From Protoeuglena noctilucae (Eukaryota): a DNA stretch of 64,000 bases. Both the position numbers and the translations under genes were made by a program. Below the pieces are notes generated by a model. That model was not told the DNA's origin, made no database searches, and saw only the letters and a list, made by a program, of their open reading frames with translations. The stretch is taken from NCBI GenBank assembly GCA_958009085.1, contig OY253672.1, positions 930,001-994,000 on the forward strand. Direction: 5' to 3'. Shown in pieces: positions 24,129 through 34,710 of this stretch (its first letter is position 1; every line of letters begins with the position of its first letter).

Positions 24129-25525
24129 ATGGAGTCGAACACGGGCGACCCGGCCCTTCCGGCCTGGAAGGGCCTCTTTGAGTGGTCCATGAAGTGAGTA
24201 TTTCGCAACCCCCAGATGATGGCGCAGGGCGGTGCGCGCACACGCTCTCAGGGCGTCGGTGGGCCTCTGCGACGATGTCTCTGCCGCCGGAACGTTCTGC
24301 AGGCACAGCGACGGGACAGCGCCGGCCCCCGAAGTCGACCGCGAGAAAATGTAGTTCCTCGCCGACGCGATGAAGCATTATACCGTCGACATCCCGGTGA
24401 AGATGACCAAAATCAAGGCGTTCCTCGACACGGCGGTGGCGGGCGGCGCAGACGTCGAGGAGGTCGTTCGCAGCCTCGAGGAGTTGGTAGAGATAGTCGA
24501 GAACCTTGATTTCGCATCGGACTACAACAGGATAGGGGGTTTGCCAGCTCTGATGGCCCTTCTGAAGGTGAGGAAGGGTGAAGCGCACGTGCTTGGGCCC
24601 CAGCTGGGTGCTGCTGGCAGCCTAACGGGGCAGGGGAATGCAGAGTGCGTGCACCGAGTGCTCGCAGAGCCCGCACGCGTCGGTCCGCGCCGGGGCGGCG
24701 GAGGTGATTGCGACGAGCGCGCAGAACCACGACAGGGTGCAAGGCGAGATGCTCGCTGCAGGGGTCATGGGGGTTCTGGTGTCGCTTTTCGGGGACGAAG
24801 ATCCCGTTGTGGTGGCCAAGGCGCTGTTGGCGGTGGGCAGCCTCGTGCGCGGCAACGACGCGGGCGTGGCGGCATTCAAGGCCGCCCAGGGGCCCACTGA
24901 GCTGTGGGGTCTCCTAGGGCATCAGGTGCGGGCATCGGAGCGGGGGTTGTCGCGAATCACACTGCATCAAAGCCCATGCCCGACCGCGGAAACTGCCCTG
25001 GGCCGTTGCAGGATGTGCGGGTGCGGCGGAAGGCATTGCAGGTTCTGCAGGGGCTGCTGAAGGCGGACCACGACAGTCGCTTAATGGCTGCGGAGCGGGG
25101 CGCCGCCAACCAACTAGCCCAGGTGACGATACCAACAAAAGGCCTGAGAATGGTGCCGACAATGAGGGAACGTGTTAGCGACACCCCAGCAGGGTCACAG
25201 GACCAGCCAGCCGGCGGCCTACGGTAGCCTGACTACCAGAACGAGCGGAAAAGGGTGCCCGCTCCCGCAGGTGCTTTCGGAGGAGCTTGCCGGGGGCTCG
25301 GCCGACATGCCGCGCGTCCACATGGCCCTGGAGGCCCTCTTTGCGCTCGCGCGGGACCCGGGGGCGCGGGCGAGCGTCGTGGGGGCGGCGACCTTGCCCG
25401 GCACCCTCCGGGATTGGGAGCGGCGGCTGGCGGGGATGCCCCTCGAAGACCGCGATGCGCTCCGCGAGGAGTCTGTCTTGATCAAGCTCCTTAGCCGCGT
25501 CTGCGCGGGAGACGGCGCCGGCTGA
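24129..25525 (+). CDS. FES1: Hsp70 nucleotide exchange factor FES1/HSPBP1 (in-frame TAG at 24352-24354)
   Basis: [17 protein letters not shown]...[47 protein letters not shown] armadillo repeats. Confidence 0.85.
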
Positions 25526-25535
25526 GCGCCGCCCC

Positions 25536-27455
25536 TCATGCCTGGGGCTCCTCTCCCTGCCGCGTCCGCCCGCTGTTGCGTCCGACGTGGCTGCGCAGAC
25601 TGTTGAGCCGCTGCTGCCGCTCCGCAGGCGACTGCTCCTGGTCCGGATGGTCGGGATCCCTGGGCAACGACAGCACCTTGGCCAAAGCGTCCTCCTGCGT
25701 AGGTGCCACCTGCCGCACGGGCGGCATGCAGCAGCAGAAGCAGAGGTTGAACCACGTCTTCTGGCACGACGTCCACCCGTCGAACATGTCCCCGCTGCCG
25801 GGCGCGCCCCGGGCCCGGCCGGACGGGGCCGACAGGGACGCCCCGCCCTGGCCGTGGGCGGCCAAGAGCTCCCTGCGAGGGGCGCCCCGTGTGGCGGGGT
25901 CGCACCGGCGCTCCGCTCCATGAATGCCTCTGCATTTGGTGGGCATACATCCACCCACCTGAGGCGTCGGATCTCCTCTTGGTACTCCCGGATCGTGCGG
26001 TCCCTGGGATCCTCGTTGACGACGGGCTTGTTCTTGATGCGCTTGGCACGGTCAGCGTACCGCAGCGTGGAGAGCGTCTCGTCGTAGTTCCAGTCGGCGG
26101 GGCCGATGTTGGCGAACATGCTGCACTTGTTGTTGCCGCCGAGCGAGTCCTGGAGCAGCCGCGTCAGCTTCGAGTCGCGGTAGGGGATGTGGGGCCGCTG
26201 GTCCACCAGCGCACTGCGGGCGAGACGGGAGGGCCGCATGAGCCGGCGGCAGGGGGGCAGGCGCCAAGCGAGGGCCCAGCAGAGACGCTGACGTGTCACC
26301 TGATCACGTTGCCCAGCGCTGTCAGACTGAGGTTGATGTTGACGCCCTCCTTGAACCGCGTCCCCTCTGCACCCGTCTTCCCGGCACGCTCAGAGCCCGC
26401 CAAGTCCACCTGCGGTGGCCTTGCCGACACTTCTGTGACACCCCTGCTTGCCAGCGCCGCACCTCCCCAGGTTGTGCTGCGCGGCGCCCTTGCGCCCCCG
26501 CCAGCCCGTGCCTTATGCGACACGGGCCCCGGCCAGCGCGGCGCCTCACCAGGTTGAGCTTGGCGACGCGCGCATGGTCGTTGCCCTTCTCGTCCTGGTG
26601 CGACGACGCGACGGTGATGGAGAAGATGCAGTGGGACCGAGAGCTTCCCTTGTTCATGGACGTCTCCCCGACCACGCGGTTCTTGCGCCCCACCTCCAGG
26701 CACTTCTCCATGTCCTCGACGCACCCCACCACGAACGAGCTCAACCCCTGCACCACCACCACCCCCGCCTCCTCCCGCAGCTCCAGCTTGGCCGTGGGGT
26801 CGCGCCCGAGCAGGTCGCGAATCTCCTCGTTGTACAGCTCCAAGCTGCTGACCTTGACGAGGTACTCGCGGCCGGACTTGTCGGCGTCGATGCTCGCGAA
26901 GAGGTGCTCGAACGTGTTGGGGATCACGCCCCGCGTCTCACGGTCGCCCTTGCCCTCCATCGTGTAGGTCTTGCCTGGGTGAAGTGGGGGCGGTGCCGTG
27001 GGCGAGCACGTGAGGTGCCGGCTGGGCTGGACATCCAGGCCGAGCGGAAGTCATTGTCACGCACCTGTGCCCGTCTGGCCATATGCGAAGATGGTGCAGT
27101 TGAAACCCTGTAGCACGGCCTCCACCTGGGGCTTGGCCACTTCCTCGAAAATCTCTCGTTGGGTAGTCTGCAGCGCGTGGCACAGTCACAGATTCAATTG
27201 GGGATTGCTGGGAAAGCACTGTGGAAGCACACATGCGAGCATGTGCGCCCGCACCTTCTCGGCGAAGACCTTATCGAAGGTGAAACGGCGGGGCTCGGTC
27301 TCCGATGGATCTTTTGGGTTTCGCAAGACCACCTCGCCCCTCGAGGGCTCCATGCTCACGCAGTTCATGCGCCCATCGCGTATCTCGACGTCATTCAGCG
27401 GCCTGCACCGGACCACCACCCGGACGGACTCCGCAGCCCCGCTGGCCTTCACCAT
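25536..27455 (-). CDS. Kinesin-2-like motor with a very short tail
   Basis: [66 protein letters not shown], neck [12 protein letters not shown]. Confidence 0.93.
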
Positions 27456-27858
27456 GGCGATGCGCTGTTCTTCAGCAAGAGGCGTCCCCTGCTGCTCTGG
27501 GCCCGCGGCCTGCTTTGGCGCGCAGCTGGCTCGAGTACGCAAGGCGCGCGAGGCCTAGCGAGGCCCAACCAAGACGTCACCACACGAGTTCGATCTCAGC
27601 GAAACTGCACTTAGGGCGGATAGGTCGAAAGCGCGGCCATGTTTTCGCCGCGACCCGCGCGAGTGCGCGCCAGACCTGACAGCAGGCCGCGGCTCGATCG
27701 ACGGAGTGGCTGGTGGAGTGGGCCACGATATGCCGTCGAAACGTGATCGGGGAGGGGTTGGGGCTCTGCGGCTCTAAATGCCAGCATGACCTCATGGGCT
27801 GGCCAGGGAGGCTACGGGTGACAATGCCGAGAGGGCGAGCGCGTCAACGGCATCGGAG

Positions 27859-29231
27859 ATGACCGCCCTGCCGAGCATTACGAGTTACGATTGCCTCCAT
27901 TTCCGCAGTGGAGAGGCTGGCTTTTATGCCGGCTTTGACAGCGGCGCGGGAGGAGGCGAAAGGCGCCGCCGGAGTGAGGGACTGAGTCCGGATGCCGTGC
28001 TGAGCGGGGCCCTGGGACTCGGGTTCGTGCTGCTTTTCGTCGGGCGCTACTTTCAGGGCAATTCGGGAGCGCTCCAGCGCGTCCACCACGTCCGTGAAAC
28101 GTACGAGAGCGCCGTGGACCGTTGGGAGGCCATCCTGACGCGTAAGGGGGGCCTGGCCGAGGCCATGCTGAATCCTGCGGACACATACACCTTTCACGTG
28201 ATCACGAGCCTCGTCCCGGGACAAACGTCGACCCAATATACTACCCACCTGCCTTTGGAGGTGAGCGCATGCTGCATTCATTTGCAGAAACCGATGAGCG
28301 CGATTCGCAGCCGCACCATGGCGGCGCACGCGCCCGTGGCATGTGCGAATGTGTGGCCCCAGCTGTCCTCGCATCGCAGGTCGTGCGCCGGCGGGTCAAC
28401 CTGCTCCCGCGCCACGTCTCGACCCGGTCGTATGAAGAGATAGTTCTGAAGAACACCGATCCGGGATTTTTCGACCGGGTCGACCAGGAGCGTATCCGAA
28501 GGGTGAGCGCCGAGCACAGGGGTCGCTGTGGCGAGCTCGTTGCGGCCTCTGGATCGTGCCGCCTCCTCCCGTCACAGGGCAAGCACCGGACGGGGCGGGT
28601 GGAGGACTGGATGTTCGAACCGATGCGCTTCTTGATGGTACTCCACCTGCCAGGGCGGGGAGTGTCCCACCAGGAGGCCATACAGCTGCCGTTCGCGAGG
28701 CGCGTCGCGCTCCCAGGTGTGACGGGCCGGTCCTGCACGCGCCAGGGTGGGACGCTCGAGCCTGATGGCACGTGCGCCAGGCACGAGGTGGTGCGGAGCG
28801 TCTGCATGGTCTTCGAGTACCTGGGCGGGGAGTTCCGCAACGCCTTCTCGGGGTCGTCGGTCAAACTCTACGAGACCGTCTCCTGGGACAGCCCCAAGGC
28901 CCGCGTCGGGTGCAGCCCTGCGGACGGGTGGACGGCCGTGCAGTGGGCGCCCGTCCCCGCGGGCAGCCACCTGGGGGCCTTCAACCCCACCATCACGGTG
29001 TGCTTCACGGGCGACCCCGTCCTGGACGCCCAGGCCGTCACCTCCGGCCGCCTCGACGTCCCCTACGTCTTCCCCTACTCTGGCGCGCTGTCCTCCGCCC
29101 TCTACGCCATCTCGCTGCTTCTGATTGTCCCTGCCGGCATCCTCCTCGGTGTGCGGTACTGGGGCCGCGTCGCCCGGCAGCAGCGTAGCCGGGAAGAGCT
29201 CCCGTCCGGGGGGTTCAACCCTGGTTTCTAA
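27859..29231 (+). CDS. Hypothetical protein with N- and C-terminal transmembrane helices
   Basis: Spliced ORFs with GC3 bias. Hydrophobic segments AVLSGALGLGFVLLFVG and ALYAISLLLIVPAGILLGV. Confidence 0.6.
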
Positions 29232-29263
29232 CGAGCAGCGCAGCTCGCAGCTCATCTCTTGAA

Positions 29264-31079
29264 CTAGAGCATGCCTTCTCCGGGCAGCCTGGCCCTGCCG
29301 CCACTGTTGGGCTCATACAGGCGCCCCGTGCGGCCGTCCATAGCGTGCTTGTCCGCACCCGGCACGAGCGGCCGGTCCTCCTTAGAGAACGTCCGCATGC
29401 CACCCGCGTACGTCTGCTCCTCCTCCGTCGCCGCCTGCCTCTGCGCGCCGGACAAGGTGCGGTGTTGGGTGGCACTCGAGCACGCGGCGTACCACCATGT
29501 CCCTGTCAGCTTCAGGTGGACAGCTCACCAGGGTGGGGACGCCCGTGAGGCGGTCGCGTGGGCCGCGCTCGTAGAGCACGTCTCCCTCGTTCTCCAGCGT
29601 TACTGAGAGGCCCAGGTCGGCGCGGGCGCCGCGCGAGTGGGCGACGCGCGCCGTCAGGGCGGCCGTGGCGTTCAGCAGCGCGTGCCACGACTTGAACGCG
29701 AGCGTGGCCGTGGTGGCCTCGGGGCCGGTCGCCGCCTTCAGGAGCCAGCAGCGGTTGAGCTGCCAGGCCGCCCCGCCACGCAACGCCAGCCCCTCGCCCC
29801 TGCGGTACGCCATCTGCAAAGCCAGGTCCACGTAGTTGGTGATGCCCACCACCGCGTTGGGGTCCTCCAGGACGTTATACACCGACCGCCGCGTGGCCTG
29901 GCGCTGCACGAGCGTCAGAAGCGGCTCCTCCCCCTTAAGCGGCACCTCGATCGCGGCCGTGAAGCCGCTGCCCGGGAAGCGCCCCGTCGCGACCGCTGCC
30001 GCCACCCGCAGCTCCCCCGCGGGTGTCTGGGGCTGGCCGCCGAGGTGGCTCGCCAGGATGCCTTGGGCGGGGAGCAGCCCGGCCACGACGGCACCGACGC
30101 CGCGGTCGGCCCGGTCCAGCAGCGGGGCCCCCGGCTGCGTGGCCCCGGCCCCGGCGTACGTCAGCGCCAGCGCCAGGGTGCGGGGGCGATTGGCGCCATG
30201 GCTTGCAGGGACAGAAGCATCGCCCGTGCCATTCGCGGTCGCTCTCAGGTCGATGTTGACGGCGGCCCAGGCGTGCGAGACGCGCGCACTGCCCCCTGCC
30301 CACGCGCCGTGGGCGCCGACCGACGCCGCCGCGCTCGTGAGCTTGGCACCCCAGACGAGGGGCAGGTGCGTGGATTCGTGGGGCTTGCTGAGCGGTAACC
30401 CGACGAAGGCGCCGAGGCCGACGGGCATCTTCCTGCGGGCAGCAAGAGCGGGATGAGGGTGTGTGGGTGGGATGATGGCGCGTGCCTGGTAACTCCGCAC
30501 CCCTGCCTGTGGAGGCGAGGAAAGGCCCTCCCACCGCTCACTTCGGTGCGACAAAGGCCGCCAGGGTGGCGACCGGCGGCGTGTCGGGAGCGCCCCACCC
30601 CTGTGACGCCGAGAAGTCCGCCAGGAGCAGCGCGTTGGGCGTCACCAAGGGACGGACGCGAAAGGCGAAGTCCATGAAGAAGGGCGGGCTCCCAGTGGGC
30701 CCAGCCTCTGCTGCGGGCACTGAAGCGCGCGAAGTTGGGGAAGTTCGCTGCCGGCGAGAGCGAGGGACGTCCAAGTGGAGCGTGCGCCCCTGCGGCACGA
30801 CGCACCGTTGTCGCGCCTCGCATCGCCACGGCCCTGGGGCACCTGCTCCGCGGCCAACGTGAGGCTCACGAAGTCGTCGTCCAGGGGTGCGATGTGCGCG
30901 GTGATCCCTCTCTGCGTGGCCACGTGCGTATGCAAAAGGCGGTGCAGCTCGGCCCTCGCAAAGGAGCTCGAGAGCGGCGATGCGAACAGACGGGCCTCCC
31001 TGCTGTGGTCTCGGTCGAAGAAGGGCGGAACGAGCACTACGCTCGGGGGCTTCTCTGCCGTGGAAAGCTTCAGGCCCAT
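29264..31079 (-). CDS. OM47: Mitochondrial outer-membrane beta-barrel OM47-like protein
   Basis: MGLKLSTAEKPPSVVLVPPFFD, VVGITNYVDLA, AAWQLNRCWLLKA, LAFKSW resemble the plant OM47 family. Confidence 0.75.
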
Positions 31080-31112
31080 GGCGCCACGAGCCCCGTCACC
31101 CCACAAGCGGTC

Positions 31113-31807
31113 TCAAGGGTCCGAGGGGCCACCCTGAGGCTCCTCGGCGACCCCCGCGGGCGAGGGTGCGTAGACGCTGCTGGTGCGTGCGCCTGTCGAC
31201 GGACCCGGGGTCCCGACGCCTGCCTGCGCCAGGGCGTGGCGGACGGTGCCGGCAGGGTAGCGGCGGGGCACGATCCCTTGCAGAACGGCGGCCCCTCTGA
31301 TGTTGCCGACGGCCTGCGCCACGTCGTCGTAAGAGATCTCCTCGCGTCCGGCTGAGGAGGCCGCGTCGGCTGCGGAAGCAGCGACGTTGCGAAGGAACAG
31401 CTCCGAAGCTTTGGCTGTGACGTAGGCCGCCTTGTCGCTGCACGCCTCCAATCGCAGTTGCTCCTGAACGAGCGCTTTCACGTGAGCAAGCGATATGGCC
31501 GACTCGGGGAGCTCTACAATCGCCTGCGTGCAAAGCAGGCATCAGTGCCTCTGCACGTCGCAGGGGGGCGGCCCCAGCCGGCATAGAACATCCATGCCGG
31601 CAGTATAACACACAAAAAGGGCGTCGTTGGCAGCACGTCGCGGATCGCGGCAGGGATCGACAACCGCGGGCAGCAAAGCGAAGCACAGCGCAAGGGCGGA
31701 TGCCGAAGCCATCGTCCCACCGAATGAGCTGCGCCGTTCTCGCCGGCGCGGAGAAGATGATCGTATGCTGCCTGCGTCGACTCCTGCAAAGGGCCGGGCG
31801 GAGTCAT
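31113..31807 (-). CDS. Histone-fold protein (NF-YC/DPB3/CHRAC15-like)
   Basis: ISLAHVKALV...SDKAAYVTAKASELFL...ISYDDVAQAV...LQGIVP. First exon inferred (MTPPGPLQ...). Confidence 0.8.
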
Positions 31808-31992
31808 CGCGAGGGGAGTGGGGGCCGCGATGCTCGCAACACGGCCGTGCCCAGTTGCGGCGCAAAGGGGCTGTGGCCGTTTGCAGGTATCAAAGTACAA
31901 AGCACTAGTCCAGTCTTCAAGACTTGAAAGCGCAACTGAGTTGCCTACAGCACACACTGGCACGTTCAGCACACTCGCAGGCACACAGCCGC

Positions 31993-33969
31993 CTACAGCT
32001 GCACGCGGTAGCCCATTTGCCGATTGAGGTACTGGGTGTCGACGCCCGAGTCGCGCTTGAGCGCCACGCGCCCCGTGCGGGCCACCTCGAGGATGCCGTA
32101 AGGCGCAAGCAGGTCCTGGATGGCGCGCATCTGCGGCAAAGTCGACGGCAGCAGTGGCGTAGATGTCACGGGGGTAGGCCAAGCAATATTGAATGCAACT
32201 ACGACCATGCACCAGGCAGAGGCCAGGCCGACAGCACGATGCCCATGTCACGTCATGCGCACCTTGCTCTCGCGCCCCGTGAGCTCGATGGTGACCGTCG
32301 AGAGGGTGAGGTCCACGATGTGCCCGCGGAAGATGTCGGCGATGTCCTTCACCTCCCTCCGCTGCGCCGCGTTGCACCGCACCTTGACCAGCATGAGCTC
32401 CCGGTACGCAAAGGGCGCTTCAGTCAAGTCCTCGACCCTCTCCACGCCGACGATCTGCGAGCGCAGCACCCGACCCACCTCACGACGCGCTCACACCCAC
32501 CGCCCACGGCATCTGTAACGCTGCACCGGCCGTGGCCCCGCGCCCGCACCTTCTCAATCTGCTTAATGAGCTTGTCGATGGCGCCCGCAGAGGCCGGCAC
32601 GACCACCGTGATGCGCGACATGCCGGGCGTCTCCGCGTGCCCGACCGCCAGGCTCTGCACGTTGTAGCCGCGGCGCGACATGACGGAGGTGACGCGGTTG
32701 AGGATGCCGGGCTCGTCGGCCAGGAGGATGGACAGCGTGTGCGCGCTGTAGGCGGACTCCATCTCGGCCGGCATGTTGTACGCCGCGTCGAGGATGTTCT
32801 CCACCTCCCACACGCCCTCGGCGTCCCCGCTCCCGTTGCCAAACACGTCGATGTGCTCCTCCGAGGGGATGTCCGGCCTCCGCGCCCCCGTCCGCGACGG
32901 CGTGCGCTCCGTGCCGTCGCCCCAGCCACCCATCTGCAGCAGGTCCGCCCCGCGCTTGAGTGCGATCTTGCCCGTCCGCGCCAGCTCCACCACCCCGAAC
33001 TTGGCCAGCGCCCGCTGGAACGCGGCGATCTTCCCGGAGTCCCCCGTGCACGCGAGCGTCAGGCACCGGTCCGAAGCGTCCACCACAGACGACCGGAAGA
33101 TGTCCGTGAGCTGCAGCACCTCGGTGCGTGCCGGCCCCGGGGGCGCCCGCAGCTTGATCAGCACGAGCTCCCTCTCCACGCGCGAGGCCCCCGTGATGTC
33201 CTCCACGTACCGCACCTTGACCAGCTTGCCCAGCTGCTGCACCAGGTTGTCCACCGTCGACTGCAGGGGCCAGCGAGAGCAGTCAGCGCGCTGCGCACAG
33301 CGCGTCCTGCACCATCCAGCTACCCAGGCGACCCTCCACGCTGTGCGCCGCGCACCTCGCTGCCGGTGACGGTGATGGTGAAGAGGGCCTTGTCCAGGTT
33401 CAGGCCGACCGCCAGAGACTCGATGTTGGCGCCGCGCCGGGCGAACACGCCGGCGACGCGGTTGATGAGGCCAGCCTCGTCGGCCACGAACACGGATATC
33501 GTGTGCTTGCGCATGCCCTCCTCGAGCGGCTGCAGATCCTGGATGTACACGTCGCCCCCGGTCCGCGGCTCGGCCCCAGCCACCGCGTCCTCCACCTGCA
33601 GGGCCCGCGCCTCGGGATACGTGGGCTATCACCCACGCTGCCGCAGCCAGCAACCACATGAGGTGTGAAGAAACGCTTCGCGACTCTTGCCGTCACCTTG
33701 CCGGGCACAGCCATGCTGTACGGGCTGCTCTCATCCTGGGCTGCCTTACGCAGCACGCCGCGGCGCCGCAGGGGCTGCGCAGCGACCCGGACGGCCTTCA
33801 GAGGACATGACGAAACAACATGGCTGACCTGGGAGGCTGCGGCCACGAGCAGATGAGGGCCGGCGTCTCGCGGGCCAGCAACTCGCCGCGACTCGCACCG
33901 ATGCCCATCCGTCATCTCCAGCGCCGGTCGATGGCGACTGGCGGGTACAGCAGACGCTCGAGGTAACAT
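31993..33969 (-). CDS. AHASS: Acetolactate synthase small (regulatory) subunit, duplicated ACT type, plastid
   Basis: [34 protein letters not shown], second repeat [46 protein letters not shown]. Confidence 0.96.
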
Positions 33970-34710
33970 GCAGTCTCCGTAACGGTTTGGGCCCCCAAAA
34001 CGCAGCGCCCAGCATCCTCCCACCCATTTCGTGCCTCAGCAAGCCATTCCTCGCATCGGGTGACGATACAGCAATCGCACGCAGCAGCAGCAGCAATTCA
34101 TAATCACAGGCTTGCGGGGGAGCAGAAAACCTGCCACATCGGCGGCCCACCGACCCCTCCCGTCACCGTCGGCGGCAATCTGCGCGCTGTGGAGGAGCCA
34201 CACGCGATCCCAAGCGCATGAAATCGCTCACCCGGAACACGCAGCGATGCAGCCATGATCATCGCCCGTGCCTACTTGAGGTCGCCGCTGCAGCGGTGGA
34301 TGATGCGATTGCGCCTGCCGTCGACCTGTTCACGATCCACTGGTCATCGGCGCAGTGAGGCACGACCCGACAGGGCCGCCCTTGTGGAGAACTCCCCGCT
34401 TTCTGGCGGCACACCGACGCCCGCCGGGAACAGCGCACTCCCGGAGGCGTCGGCGACCCGCATCCCGCGCACTTCTTCGGGCGAGCAGTGGCTTCCATCA
34501 GCGCCCCTTTGTCGCTCTCCTTGTGCCGCAGCCTCACAGAGCAAGGCAACCCTAAACGAGGGAGCCTCGCGCGCAGCCGCCCTGCCTCCGCTCCCGCGCT
34601 AGCGTCACCCGAGCATATCGTTGTCTGTCTGGCTGCCCAGCGCCTGCGCGGGGGGGTCACCACAGTGCTTGTGCGTGGCGCGGGCGCCGCCGAGCGTTAC
34701 GGGGTGATTG

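Noticed and set aside
27540..27605. tRNA-like T-arm GAGTTCGATCTC
   Set aside because: No acceptor, D or anticodon stems can be formed.
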